64,000 nucleotides of DNA, from the NCBI GenBank assembly GCA_913020555.1, contig CAJWAC010000002.1, forward strand, positions 20,460-84,459. The letters run 5' to 3'. Both the position numbers and the translations under genes were made by a program. The notes beneath the pieces were generated by a model. The model was not told the DNA's origin. It searched no databases and worked only from the letters and a program-made list of their open reading frames with translations. This document shows, piece by piece, positions 49,787 to 60,290 of the stretch. Every line of letters begins with the position of its first letter. The first letter of the stretch is position 1. The DNA is from an uncultured Polaribacter sp. (GTDB lineage: Bacteria > Bacteroidota > Bacteroidia > Flavobacteriales > Flavobacteriaceae).

Positions 49787-52700
49787 TTATTTCAAATCCT
49801 CCAATAAAATCTCAACTGCCTTTTTAAGTTGATCATCTTCTCCTCTAAAACCTGAACCAGGAGCATTCTTTACCAAATAATCAGGAACAGCTGGCGACTC
49901 ATTTTCCATATTTTTACCAGATTTTGCAACATACCAAGCTCTAAACGGCATTCTAACATAACCTCTTTTTAAACTGTAACCTCCTGTAGAAATTACTGCA
50001 CCAAAAGTAGGTTGACCAACTAATTTACCCAAACCTAAATTTTTATATGCATGTGAAAATATTTCTGCATTAGAATAACTATTTTCATTACATAAGGCAA
50101 CACTTGGTTTTGTGTTTACAGATAAAATTGCACGTTCATTAAATGGATAATGCTTTGTGAATTTTTTATTTTCCTTCTCTAAATTTTTAGCAGCTCCTCG
50201 TGGAACTGTATATGCATGTTGATAAACATTTAGTACCGCCATTAAACGATCTGTAGTCCAGCCACCACCATTATATCTAACATCTATCACAATACCTTCT
50301 TTGCCATAACCACTTGCTTTTAATTCACGTTCAAAACGCTCAAAACTTGGTGCATTCATTCCTTGAATGTGTATGTAACCTAATTTTCCATTTGAGAATT
50401 TATCTACTAACTTTTTTCTAGAACTCACCCAAGCTTCATATTGTAAAGTCCTTAAACTTCCTGATGTCCTTGCTACTACTTCACTACCATTACTTAAAGT
50501 TAATAAGATTTCATCTCCTCTAGTATTTTTCAATAAACTGAAGAAATTGATGCTTTTATTCACTTTCTGATTATTCACCTTTGTTATAACATCTCCTTCT
50601 TGGATACTTACTTTAGATTTATCTGCTACTGAATTATCTAAAACATATAACACCTCTGCTCCTTTTGAAGTGTTCCTAACTTCTATCCCTAAAAGTCCGA
50701 TATTATCACTATTTGTTCTTTCTGGAGTACCTGCTCTGTATCCCATATGACTCGCATTTAATTGACCAAATAATTGATTAAATACAAATGAATAATCTTG
50801 AGCTGTACTAGCTTTTAAGGCTAATGGCTTGTATTTATTAACCAATCCTTTCCAATCATAACCGTGAAAATTAGGGTCATAAAAACCCATTGTTAAAACT
50901 CGTGTACCTTCTGCATACATTTGCGCATTAACCGCTTTAAAATCTTCTGTATATTTTGCAGAATGAGACATAGAAGTTACTTTATCTGTTTTTGGATTTA
51001 ACTCGCTTAACCTTCCTCTTGAAGTAAAATAAAACTTTCCATTTACTTCAGAAAACCCTCCAATTCTGCTAGTCCCTTTAATTTCTTTAGGGTTTCCGCC
51101 TTCTAACTTCACTTTGTAAAAGCTCCTGCTATTGGTAGCTGGGTTTGTAGCTGAATAATATATGCTTTTATTGTCAGGGCTAAACATTCCACCAAATTCG
51201 TCATCTGGCAATCTTGTTATTCTTTCTAAACGATTATAAATTTCATCTTTATCAATACTAACCACAACCTTCTCTTTGGTTTTTGACTTTTTTACTGGTT
51301 TAGGTTGATAATAATCTCCGTTTTCACGGTCGGTTCTTGTTCTTTCCCAATCTTCGTTCTTTAACCAAACCATCCAAATATCATAATCAATACCCCCTCT
51401 GTTACCGCTTCTATTAGATGAAAATGATAGCATTTTACCATCTGAACTCCAAGATGGAGAGCGATCGCTTCTAGGATGCATAGAAACATTAAACTTCTCT
51501 TTTGGGTTAGCCACGGACTGGATAAAAATTTCACTATCAAAATCTAAATCTTGTTGCGAATAGGCTAAATATTTACTGTCTGGGCTCCAGCTTATTCCTG
51601 AAGGAGCTGCCCAACCAATCGAGAAAGGAACAATATTGGTGATTTTCCCTTCTTTATAATCTGCAACCATCAAATTCCCACGGCCAACTTGATAGGATAT
51701 TTTTTTATGATTTGGCGAAACTAAAAGGTTGTAAACATCCTCTTTACTTTTTGTTAACTTTTTAGTTTGAATTTTTAAACTTCGTTCTAAACCTACTAAA
51801 GTGTCTTTTGATGTTGATACGTAAATCTCATTATGTCCATCTCTATCCGAAATAAATAAAACTTCTTTATCACTTATCCACTGTGGATTTCGATCTCTAA
51901 ACGGATGATTACTTACATTGTTTGTGCTCTTCTTTTCTTTAGTATTTTCTTTTACAAAAATTTCTCCTTCAATTTCCATGGCAGCTAATTTACCATTCGG
52001 AGAAACATCAAAAGTTGAAATTCCACTTGTAGTCACAGCTGTTTTTTCCAATTCAAAACGGTAATCAGCAGCTATATTTATTTTCAACTTTTTAGCACTT
52101 CCATTTTTCAACAAATACAAATCAAACAATGTTGAATATACAATTGTGCCATCATTACTTACAGAAAATGAAACCACACCATTTTTTGTTTGGTTCGTTA
52201 ATTTTTTTGGCTGACCATTTTTTGCTCCAGTTTCAGAAATGGATTGTTTATAGATATTATATCTTCCGCTCTCTGCTCCTATGTAATACAAATTTCCTTC
52301 TGCGTCCCAAATTGGAGAATGGTCATTTTTTTGAGTATCTGTAATTTGAAAGTACTGATTTGATTTCTTGTTAAAAATCCAAATATCTCTTTGTGCAGAA
52401 CCTGCGTAATCTTCTCTAGAAATTCTACAAGCACCCTTTGCGTATGCAATGAAGTTTCCATTTGGTGAAGCAGTTGCCATAGAACCTAGAGCTGTAATTG
52501 TTCTTTCTGGAGTACCTCCATTTGCATTTACATGATACGTTTGAGCATCCCATTGAGGGCCTTTCATTATTCTATTTGTTGTGAATAAGATGTTGTTTTC
52601 ATTGGTCCAATCATAAGGTGTATCTCCTGTGGGATAATAGGTAACTTGCATTGGCATTCCACCTAATTTATCCACTGTAAATACATTGTTTGATCCCTTT

Positions 52701-52948
52701 CTATTGGATGCAAAAGCTAATTTTGTTCCTTTATTATTCCAAATAGGATTACTTTCATAAGCTTCATGAACTGTAAGTCTTTTAGAAATTTTAGAGCTTA
52801 AGTTGTATAGCCAAATATCTCCTTGATAGGAGAATGCAAGCTCATTTGAATCAGGGCTTAAGTTAGGAGTTCTTATTAATGAAGTTTGTGCTAAAACAAG
52901 TGAAATATTGCATAGAAGCAAATAAATAAAGATAATTTTTCTAGACAT
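49787..52948 (-). CDS. Tricorn-like S41 family peptidase
   Basis: PD40 beta-propeller repeats, PDZ domain, LNASH, DVRYNGGG, SNAE and TFGAV motifs. Confidence 0.92.
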   Translation of the reverse strand: MSRKIIFIYLLLCNISLVLAQTSLIRTPNLSPDSNELAFSYQGDIWLYNLSSKISKRLTVHEAYESNPIWNNKGTKLAFASNRKGSNNVFTVDKLGGMPMQVTYYPTGDTPYDWTNENNILFTTNRIMKGPQWDAQTYHVNANGGTPERTITALGSMATASPNGNFIAYAKGACRISREDYAGSAQRDIWIFNKKSNQYFQITDTQKNDHSPIWDAEGNLYYIGAESGRYNIYKQSISETGAKNGQPKKLTNQTKNGVVSFSVSNDGTIVYSTLFDLYLLKNGSAKKLKINIAADYRFELEKTAVTTSGISTFDVSPNGKLAAMEIEGEIFVKENTKEKKSTNNVSNHPFRDRNPQWISDKEVLFISDRDGHNEIYVSTSKDTLVGLERSLKIQTKKLTKSKEDVYNLLVSPNHKKISYQVGRGNLMVADYKEGKITNIVPFSIGWAAPSGISWSPDSKYLAYSQQDLDFDSEIFIQSVANPKEKFNVSMHPRSDRSPSWSSDGKMLSFSSNRSGNRGGIDYDIWMVWLKNEDWERTRTDRENGDYYQPKPVKKSKTKEKVVVSIDKDEIYNRLERITRLPDDEFGGMFSPDNKSIYYSATNPATNSRSFYKVKLEGGNPKEIKGTSRIGGFSEVNGKFYFTSRGRLSELNPKTDKVTSMSHSAKYTEDFKAVNAQMYAEGTRVLTMGFYDPNFHGYDWKGLVNKYKPLALKASTAQDYSFVFNQLFGQLNASHMGYRAGTPERTNSDNIGLLGIEVRNTSKGAEVLYVLDNSVADKSKVSIQEGDVITKVNNQKVNKSINFFSLLKNTRGDEILLTLSNGSEVVARTSGSLRTLQYEAWVSSRKKLVDKFSNGKLGYIHIQGMNAPSFERFERELKASGYGKEGIVIDVRYNGGGWTTDRLMAVLNVYQHAYTVPRGAAKNLEKENKKFTKHYPFNERAILSVNTKPSVALCNENSYSNAEIFSHAYKNLGLGKLVGQPTFGAVISTGGYSLKRGYVRMPFRAWYVAKSGKNMENESPAVPDYLVKNAPGSGFRGEDDQLKKAVEILLEDLK

Positions 52949-53036
52949 TTTTTTGTATTTTAATTAAGCTAAAATAAGTTAAATTAAAATACCTTTTTGA
53001 TAACTAATATATTTTTAAGAATATTTTGATATCTCA

Positions 53037-53804
53037 TTAACCAATAACAGGTTTGATAAAGTTTTTAATTTTATCAATTCCATTAATTCCTAAATATTTA
53101 ATAAATGCAGAACCTATAATTGCTCCGTTGGAATAATTACAAGAAGTATTGAACGTTTTTTTATCAGAAATACCAAAACCAACAATAAGCTTACTTTGTA
53201 AATTCATTTCTTTTATTCTTTCAAAATAAGCAATTTGCTGGCCAGAAATAGCTCCTTTTGCACCAGTGATGGATGCCGAAGCCACAACATAGATGAATGC
53301 TTTTGTATATGAATCTATTTTTCTAATTCTTTCTTCTGAAGTGTGAGGTGTTATTAAAAATACGTTTGTGATTCCGTATTTATCAAATAATTGTTGATAA
53401 TGATTTTCAAACTCAACCATTGGTAGATCTGGGATAATTACAGTATTGATTCCGCAATCTACTACTTTTTTACAAAATTTATCTTCGCCATATTTTAGCA
53501 TTTGATTCAAATACCCCATTAAAACCAAAGGTGTTTTATTATTACCTTTTATTGTCATTAATTGGTCAAAAACAATATCTAAATTGATGCCATTTTGTAA
53601 AGCTATTTGACTGCTTTCTTGAATTGTAGGACCGTCTGCTAAAGGATCTGAATACGGCAAACCAACTTCTATAAAATCGACACCACTTTTTTCTAACTCC
53701 AAAATTACTTTCACAGTATCATGTAATTTTGGATATCCACAGGTAAAATAAATCGAAAGTAAATTTTTATCTTTTTGCTGAAATAGTTTTTGAATTGAAT
53801 TCAT
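53037..53804 (-). CDS. trpA: Tryptophan synthase alpha chain
   Basis: EVGLPYSDPLADGPTIQ, PDLP and VGFGIS motifs. Confidence 0.97.
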   Translation of the reverse strand: MNSIQKLFQQKDKNLLSIYFTCGYPKLHDTVKVILELEKSGVDFIEVGLPYSDPLADGPTIQESSQIALQNGINLDIVFDQLMTIKGNNKTPLVLMGYLNQMLKYGEDKFCKKVVDCGINTVIIPDLPMVEFENHYQQLFDKYGITNVFLITPHTSEERIRKIDSYTKAFIYVVASASITGAKGAISGQQIAYFERIKEMNLQSKLIVGFGISDKKTFNTSCNYSNGAIIGSAFIKYLGINGIDKIKNFIKPVIG

Positions 53805-53807
53805 GGC

Positions 53808-54992
53808 TTACTCTTCTAAATGTTTGATATAAGTTTCTAAATCCTTATCTCCTCTACCAGACAAATTAATTACTACAACTTGATTTTTCTTTAATTCCAT
53901 TTTCGGTAAAACAGCTAAAGCGTGTGCAGTTTCTAAAGCTGGAATAATACCTTCTATTTTTGTGAGTTCATAGGCTGCTTCTAAGGCTTCTTTGTCAGTC
54001 GCGTTTAGGAATTTAGCTCTTTTGCTTTCGTATAAATAAGCATGTAACGGTCCAACTCCTGGATAATCTAGTCCGGCAGAAATAGAATATGGCTCAACAA
54101 TTTGCCCATAATCATCTTGCATTAAAATGGTTTTCGCACCATGTATAATGCCTACTTCACCTAATTGAGAAGTAGCTGCACTTTCTCCAGAATTTACTCC
54201 TAACCCTGCAGCTTCAACAGCAATTAACTCTACATCTTCATCATCCATATAATGGTAAAACGCTCCTGCAGCGTTACTCCCACCTCCAACACAAGCTATA
54301 ATGGTATCTGGATTTTCCTTACCTGTTTTTTCCTTTAATTGCCACTTCATTTCTTCTGATATGATGGCTTGTAAACGTGCAACCATATCTGGATGTGGAT
54401 GTGGACCAACTACAGAACCAATTAAATAAAAAGTATCTGGATTTTGTATCCAATAACGAATTGCTTCATTTGTAGCATCTTTTAATGTTTTAGATCCAGA
54501 TGTTGCAGCAACCACTTTTGCGCCCAACATTTTCATTCTAGCAACATTTGGTGCTTGACGAACAATATCTTTTTCGCCCATAAAAACAGTACAATCTAAA
54601 CCCATTAAAGCACAAACAGTAGCTGTTGCCACGCCATGTTGACCTGCCCCAGTTTCTGCAATAATTTTAGTTTTACCTAATTTTTTAGCAATTAAAATCT
54701 GACCAACAGTATTATTTACTTTATGGGCTCCTGTATGATTTAAATCTTCACGTTTTAAATAAATTATTGCTCCGTATTTTTCTGAAAGTCTTTTTGCAAG
54801 ATAAAGAGGTGTTGGACGCCCTACGTAATCTTTTAATAATGATTTATATTCTGTTTGAAATTCTTCAGACTCGATAATTTGAATATAATTATCTTCTAAT
54901 TCTTTTACATTAGGATGTAATAATTCAGGAATAAATGCGCCCCCAAACTGTCCAAAATATCCATTCTTATCTGGTTGAAATTTTGATTTCAT
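53808..54992 (-). CDS. trpB: Tryptophan synthase beta chain
   Basis: [30 protein letters not shown] and LSGRGDKD motifs. Confidence 0.98.
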   Translation of the reverse strand: MKSKFQPDKNGYFGQFGGAFIPELLHPNVKELEDNYIQIIESEEFQTEYKSLLKDYVGRPTPLYLAKRLSEKYGAIIYLKREDLNHTGAHKVNNTVGQILIAKKLGKTKIIAETGAGQHGVATATVCALMGLDCTVFMGEKDIVRQAPNVARMKMLGAKVVAATSGSKTLKDATNEAIRYWIQNPDTFYLIGSVVGPHPHPDMVARLQAIISEEMKWQLKEKTGKENPDTIIACVGGGSNAAGAFYHYMDDEDVELIAVEAAGLGVNSGESAATSQLGEVGIIHGAKTILMQDDYGQIVEPYSISAGLDYPGVGPLHAYLYESKRAKFLNATDKEALEAAYELTKIEGIIPALETAHALAVLPKMELKKNQVVVINLSGRGDKDLETYIKHLEE

Positions 54993-54993
54993 A

Positions 54994-55677
54994 TTATAAC
55001 TTATTCTTGAAGATTTTTACTTCATTAATGTTTTTTAATCCTGGCCTGCTTTCAAATTTACTATTAACATCTATGGCATAAATGGGTAGATTTTTATTTC
55101 TCATTATTTGGATTTGTTCTAAATCATCTAAACCAATACCGCCGCTTAAAAAGAAAGGTTTAACAAAAGGATATTTTTCTAAAACTGACCATTCAAACTT
55201 TATTCCATTACCTCCTCTTTCTTTTCCCTTTGTATCAAACAAAAAATAATCTACTACATCTAAATAGGGTTTTAAGGCATTAAAGTTAAACTCATCCTTA
55301 ATTCCAAAAACTTTAATAATCTCTAATTTCTCGTAGGATTTCGGTTTTTTAACTTTTTTTCTACCTTTATTTTGTGCTATAAATGACGCTCTGCTTTCTG
55401 CCAAGTATTTTCGAATCAGTTTTATATAATCTACTGATTCATCTCCATGTAATTGAATAGCATCTAGCTGATATTCTTCTACATAAGAAACCACAATCTC
55501 AGGAATTTCATTTACAAAAACACCAACTTTTTTTACTTCTTTGGATAATTCCGGAATAATACCTTCAAAATTTCTTTTAGATTTATCGTAGAAAATAAAC
55601 CCTAAATAATCGGGCTGCAAGGCTGCAACTTGCTGAATATTTTCAACATATTTCATTCCACAAACTTTCAGTTTCAT
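54994..55677 (-). CDS. trpF: Phosphoribosylanthranilate isomerase
   Basis: KVCG, GVFVN, QLHGDE, GGNG, LSGG and DVNS motifs. Confidence 0.95.
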   Translation of the reverse strand: MKLKVCGMKYVENIQQVAALQPDYLGFIFYDKSKRNFEGIIPELSKEVKKVGVFVNEIPEIVVSYVEEYQLDAIQLHGDESVDYIKLIRKYLAESRASFIAQNKGRKKVKKPKSYEKLEIIKVFGIKDEFNFNALKPYLDVVDYFLFDTKGKERGGNGIKFEWSVLEKYPFVKPFFLSGGIGLDDLEQIQIMRNKNLPIYAIDVNSKFESRPGLKNINEVKIFKNKL

Positions 55678-55679
55678 TT

Positions 55680-56468
55680 TTATCTAATTTGATTTATAAA
55701 ATCTTGACATGCTTCTCCTGGATTTTCTTCTTTCATAAAATTCTCACCAATTAAAAACCCTTGAAAACCAAACTCTTTTAAACCCGTAATTATTTTTGGA
55801 TCGGAAATACCACTTTCAGAAATTTTGATTGATGTATCCGGGATTTGATCGGCTAATTTTATAGAATGCTCTAAATCAACCTCAAAAGTTTTTAAATTTC
55901 TATTATTAATCCCTATAATTTTATTGTTTAAATCGTTAATTCTATCTAAATCTTCTTGCGTATGCACTTCATATAAGACACTTAAACCTAAATCAGTTGC
56001 TAAATTTCCAAAATTCTTTAATTCTTTAGAAGTTAAACATGATGCAATCAATAAAATTACATCTGCTCCAATTGCTTTTGATTCTACAATTTGAAATCCA
56101 TCAACTATAAAATCTTTTCTTAATATTGGTTTTTGCTGATTAATAACTCTTGCCTCCATTAAATCTGCCATAGTTCCTCCGAAAAATGAAGTATCTGTTA
56201 AAATGGATTGTGCAGCTACATTTGCATCTAAATATCCGTTTGTAACTTCTGCAATAGTGGCTTTATCATTAATAATTCCTTTTGATGGAGATTGACGTTT
56301 AAACTCTGCAATTATTCCTGTAGAACCAACCTCTAACAATGATTTCTTTAAGGAAAACGGAGTCCTTTTAAAATTTGGGCTACCCACCAACTTCTTAACA
56401 GGAACTTCTGCTTTTATTTTTGCAATTTCCTTTTTTTTGAATGCTATTATTTTATCTAAAATTGTCAT
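55680..56468 (-). CDS. trpC: Indole-3-glycerol phosphate synthase
   Basis: IAEFKRQSPSKG, LRKDF, GINNRNL and SESGI motifs. Confidence 0.97.
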   Translation of the reverse strand: MTILDKIIAFKKKEIAKIKAEVPVKKLVGSPNFKRTPFSLKKSLLEVGSTGIIAEFKRQSPSKGIINDKATIAEVTNGYLDANVAAQSILTDTSFFGGTMADLMEARVINQQKPILRKDFIVDGFQIVESKAIGADVILLIASCLTSKELKNFGNLATDLGLSVLYEVHTQEDLDRINDLNNKIIGINNRNLKTFEVDLEHSIKLADQIPDTSIKISESGISDPKIITGLKEFGFQGFLIGENFMKEENPGEACQDFINQIR

Positions 56469-56481
56469 TTTTATTCTAATT

Positions 56482-56562
56482 TATCATTTCAACTTTATGT
56501 AAAAATCTCAAAATCATTAACCAGAGATTTTTCAACATCATTCCATTGCGCTCAAAATGACA
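56482..56562. repeat. Degenerate REP-like palindromic element
   Basis: Outer arms TATCATTT / AAATGACA; inner perfect arms AAAAATCTC (56501-56509) / GAGATTTTT (56524-56532). Confidence 0.55.
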
Positions 56563-56733
56563 TTATCTATTTAATTTCTTATTTCTATATCTCAAGAAAA
56601 AATAAACAATAACTCCAACAATCAAACCAACTATCATTTGCTTAAAAAGACTTTTAGTTTGAATACCAATTGCTGTTCCCATTAAAAGAAAAGCCGGAAT
56701 AATAAGAATTATATTATTTTTCTTTTTTATCAT
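56563..56733 (-). CDS. 56-aa two-helix membrane protein inside the trp operon
   Basis: MIKKKNNIILIIPAFLLMGTAIGIQTKSLFKQMIVGLIVGVIVYFFLRYRNKKLNR. The ATG is 1 nt after the trpD stop. Below the ORF-track size cutoff. Confidence 0.75.
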   Translation of the reverse strand: MIKKKNNIILIIPAFLLMGTAIGIQTKSLFKQMIVGLIVGVIVYFFLRYRNKKLNR

Positions 56734-56734
56734 G

Positions 56735-57727
56735 CTAAATACTTACTAATGTCTCTAAGGCGTGTTTTGCTTTTAATCCAAAAAGTGAATCTTTACACTC
56801 TGCAAAAGCTGTCTCGAAACTTTTTGTTTCATCCACTATTTTTAAAGCAAAAGCCGCATTGGCTAAAACTACATTATTTTGCGCTTCTGTTCCATTTCCT
56901 TCTAAAATAGTTTTAAAAATTTTTGCCGCACTTTTTACGTCTTCTCCTCCAAAAATATCAGATTGCTGCACTCTTTTTTGACCTAAATCTTCAGGGGTTA
57001 TCAATTGTTCTCCTTGTTTTGTAAATATTTTAAATCCACTTGTTAAAGAGATTTCGTCATACCCATCTAAGGCATGAATAATTCCATAATTAATGTTTTC
57101 TTCCTCCTGTAAAATATAATTATACAAACGTGCAACCTCTAAATTAAACGTTCCTAACATATGATTTTTAGGCGAGCTTGGATTTACCAAAGGTCCTAAC
57201 ATATTAAAGAATGTTTTCAATTTTAAAGCCTTTCTTGTTGGCCCCACAGCTTTCATTGCTGGATGGAATTTAGGTGCGTGTAAAAAACAAATATTTGCTT
57301 TTTCTATTTGTCTTTTTAGGCTGTTTTCATCATTCGTAAACTCATAACCAAAACTCTCTAACATATCAGAAGAACCAGATTGAGAGGATACAGAATAATT
57401 TCCGTGTTTTGCAACTTTTTGACCTGTACCTGCAACAATAAATGACGTTAAAGTTGAAATATTGAAGGTGTCTTTTCCATCTCCACCAGTTCCAACAATA
57501 TCAATAGTATTATAATCAGAAAAGTCTACTTGTATACATAATTCTTTTAATGCATTTCTAAAACCAGAAAGTTCATCAGCTGTAATTGGACGCATCATAA
57601 ACACTGTCATAAAAGACGATAAATGAGCATCATTGTATTTTTTAGCAGCAATATCTATTAAAACTTGCTTTGCTTCTAATTTTGATAATCTTTCGTGATT
57701 ATATAATCTATTTAAAATTGATTTCAT
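56735..57727 (-). CDS. trpD: Anthranilate phosphoribosyltransferase
   Basis: DIVGTGGDG..TFNIST, KHGN, FNMLGPL.NP and GYDE motifs. Confidence 0.97.
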   Translation of the reverse strand: MKSILNRLYNHERLSKLEAKQVLIDIAAKKYNDAHLSSFMTVFMMRPITADELSGFRNALKELCIQVDFSDYNTIDIVGTGGDGKDTFNISTLTSFIVAGTGQKVAKHGNYSVSSQSGSSDMLESFGYEFTNDENSLKRQIEKANICFLHAPKFHPAMKAVGPTRKALKLKTFFNMLGPLVNPSSPKNHMLGTFNLEVARLYNYILQEEENINYGIIHALDGYDEISLTSGFKIFTKQGEQLITPEDLGQKRVQQSDIFGGEDVKSAAKIFKTILEGNGTEAQNNVVLANAAFALKIVDETKSFETAFAECKDSLFGLKAKHALETLVSI

Positions 57728-58302
57728 TACGAATTTGCATTGATAAAATTAGTAACTATCTGTTCTCCAACATCAGTTAAAATTGATTCTGGATGAAACT
57801 GAACTGCTGATATTGGAAATACCTTGTGTTCTATTGCTTGAATACCTCCTTCTTCATCGCGAGCTGTAACCTGAATTTCTTTTGGAAAATCTTTATCAGT
57901 TGCAGACCAAGAGTGATAGCGTGCAGCCATAAATTTTTCTGGAACGTCCTTGAAAATAATAGCATTTTTATCTGTAACTTTCATTTCGGTGGCAACCCCA
58001 TGAAAAACATCATCTAAGTTGATAATTTTACCGCCAAAAACTTCTGTGATTGCTTGTAAACCTAAACAAACCCCAAAAATCGGCTTTGTACTTGCATATG
58101 TTTTTATAACTTCTTTTAAAATCCCTGCTTCATCTGGAATTCCTGGCCCTGGAGATAGCATAATGATGTCATAATTTTCAACTTCTGCAATACTGATTTC
58201 ATCGTTTCTAAATACAGTTGGAAAATTTCCTGTAATTTTCTCTACCATGTGAACTAAATTATAGGTAAACGAATCGTAATTATCTATGATTAAAATCTTC
58301 AT
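57727..58302 (-). CDS. trpG: Anthranilate synthase component II (glutamine amidotransferase)
   Basis: IDNYDSFTYNL, SPGPG, GVCLG, RYHS and QFHPES motifs. Confidence 0.96.
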   Translation of the reverse strand: MKILIIDNYDSFTYNLVHMVEKITGNFPTVFRNDEISIAEVENYDIIMLSPGPGIPDEAGILKEVIKTYASTKPIFGVCLGLQAITEVFGGKIINLDDVFHGVATEMKVTDKNAIIFKDVPEKFMAARYHSWSATDKDFPKEIQVTARDEEGGIQAIEHKVFPISAVQFHPESILTDVGEQIVTNFINANS

Positions 58303-58303
58303 A

Positions 58304-59695
58304 CTAAATGTTTTCTGCTAAAATCAACGCTTTCTTTAACGCTGCTAACTTATTATTTACTTCTTGCAATTCTTTTTCTTCATCAGAATGAATAACAATT
58401 CCCGCTCCTGCTTGATAGTATAATATCTTATTTTTACTTACAAAACTTCTAATTGCAATGGCCAAATTTACAGAACCATCCAATCCAATAATACCAACTG
58501 CCCCACCATAAAATCCTCGAGATTGATTTTCATATTTGTCAATCAGTTGCATTGCCTTATATTTTGGAGCACCACTTAATGTTCCTGCAGGAAAAGTATC
58601 CCCAACAATTTCTATTGGATTTCCTTTTAATTGACCAGAAACAGTTGACACTAGATGAATAACATGACTAAAATACTGCACTTCTTTAAACACCTCTACT
58701 TCTACATTATCGGCATGTTTACTCAAATCATTTCGAGCTAAATCTACCAACATTACATGTTCTGCTGTTTCTTTTTTATCTGCGGATAATTTTTTGCCTA
58801 GCAAGATATCCTTAGCCATATCTCCAGTTCTCCTGAAAGTACCAGCAATAGGATTAATTGTTGCTTTGCCTGCTGATATTTTGATCTGTGCTTCTGGCGA
58901 AGAACCCATTAATTTAAATGAACCATAATCAAAATAAAACAAATAAGGTGATGGATTTATAGAACGTAGCGCTCTATAAACATTAAATTCATCTCCTTTA
59001 AATTTCTGCTGAAATTGTCGAGACAAAACCAATTGAAACACATCTCCTCGTTTACAATGTGATTTTGCTTTTTTAACATATTCAATAAATTCATCTCCTT
59101 TTACGTTAGAAGTTTCGTCTCCAACAATTTCAAACTTTTGAGTATTAAATGCTTGTGCATCAATAATTGTTTGAATTTCATTAATTCGAGATTCAGTACC
59201 TTCTTCAATATTTTCTATTAGAGTCATTTCATCGTTAAAATGATTAATAGCAATAATAAATCTATAAAAACTATACTGCATTAAAGGGATTGCAGAAGGG
59301 GCTTTATCAACATTTAAAGTAATATTTTCAAAATACTGAACAGAATCATAAGTTGTGTAGCCATACAAACCATTAAAAGATTTTAATTCGTTTGGACAAT
59401 CTAACTCAATTCTTTTGGTATAGTTCTCAAAAATGGCATTAAAATTTCTTCCAATATTTTGATTATCCAACTGTAATCCATTGTGAGAAAAACTTAAATG
59501 GTGGTTTTCTGCTTTAATAGTAATTAACGACTCTATAGCTATAAACGAAAAGCTTTCTTCTTTGCTATGATAATCTGAACTTTCTAATAAAAGTGTATTT
59601 GGGTATTTATCTCTAAACCTCAAATACAAACCAACAGGTGTAATTGTATCTGCAATTTTAGTTTTTGATAATGTTTTGAATTTTATATGAGTCAT
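58304..59695 (-). CDS. trpE: Anthranilate synthase component I
   Basis: LLES, NPSPY, SSPE, PIAGT, EHVMLVDLARND and FPAGTLSGAPK motifs. Confidence 0.97.
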   Translation of the reverse strand: MTHIKFKTLSKTKIADTITPVGLYLRFRDKYPNTLLLESSDYHSKEESFSFIAIESLITIKAENHHLSFSHNGLQLDNQNIGRNFNAIFENYTKRIELDCPNELKSFNGLYGYTTYDSVQYFENITLNVDKAPSAIPLMQYSFYRFIIAINHFNDEMTLIENIEEGTESRINEIQTIIDAQAFNTQKFEIVGDETSNVKGDEFIEYVKKAKSHCKRGDVFQLVLSRQFQQKFKGDEFNVYRALRSINPSPYLFYFDYGSFKLMGSSPEAQIKISAGKATINPIAGTFRRTGDMAKDILLGKKLSADKKETAEHVMLVDLARNDLSKHADNVEVEVFKEVQYFSHVIHLVSTVSGQLKGNPIEIVGDTFPAGTLSGAPKYKAMQLIDKYENQSRGFYGGAVGIIGLDGSVNLAIAIRSFVSKNKILYYQAGAGIVIHSDEEKELQEVNNKLAALKKALILAENI

Positions 59696-59707
59696 GTCTT
59701 AAAATTG

Positions 59708-59738
59708 AAAAAGGCTTATCGTGAGATAAGCCTTTTTT
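59708..59738 (-). terminator. trp attenuator terminator hairpin
   Basis: Minus strand GGCTTATC-TCAC-GATAAGCC followed by TTTTT, 12 nt before the trpE ATG. Confidence 0.9.
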
Positions 59739-59768
59739 ATATTTATTAAATATAGGATTAGTTCTCAC

Positions 59769-59819
59769 TTATTGTTTAAGAGAACTCCACCACCATATTT
59801 TATTTAAATTAAATTTCAT
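59769..59819 (-). CDS. trpL: trp operon leader peptide MKFNLNKIWWWSSLKQ
   Basis: Three tandem TGG codons upstream of the terminator and trpE. Confidence 0.92.
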   Translation of the reverse strand: MKFNLNKIWWWSSLKQ

Positions 59820-59826
59820 TATGAAA

Positions 59827-59857
59827 CAAAGGTAAAAAGGGATTTGTTACCGAACAA
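59827..59857 (-). promoter_or_regulatory. trp operon promoter
   Basis: TTG (59857-59855), 20 nt spacer, TACCTTTG (59834-59827). Confidence 0.7.
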
Positions 59858-60059
59858 ATTTTATCGTGTTTTTTTGTTTTAACTATAATTTTTACAGAAA
59901 TTAAAACTCAAAGGTTTTCGAACTTACATTTTATCAAAATATTTGTATTTAATATTTTGATATGTAACCTACTTTAAACAATCTATTTATAATAATAAAT
60001 TATAATTGTTAATTTGTGGTTACAAACAATGTGTTTGATTTGAATTTACTGAATTAATG

Positions 60060-60097
60060 AATGCGCCAATAATGTAGAGATATTGGCGTATTTTTTT
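60060..60097 (+). terminator. Orphan intrinsic terminator (no upstream + strand CDS)
   Basis: 12-bp stem AATGCGCCAATA / TATTGGCGTATT with one G-U pair, 9-nt loop, T-run at 60091-60097. Confidence 0.7.
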
Positions 60098-60290
60098 ATT
60101 AATTTAGGGAAATGTTTAATTTTTTGTTCACAGTATACTCAATTCAAGGAATCATATCTTTCATTATTTGAAATTTTAAGTAATAAAGTTGAAATGAAAC
60201 AAAAGTTATAGTATTTGAATCATTTGTGCCAACAAAACACCTAATAACTTCGTCAATTTATACCTTAATTTTAAATAATACAATCCAGAT

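Noticed and set aside
2244-58017. Short track ORFs nested in or antisense to long genes (e.g. 2244-2570, 6395-6688, 17676-17921, 18860-19324, 31348-31653, 49110-49475, 57826-58017)
   Set aside because: They overlap well-supported CDSs and lack motifs; treated as shadow ORFs.
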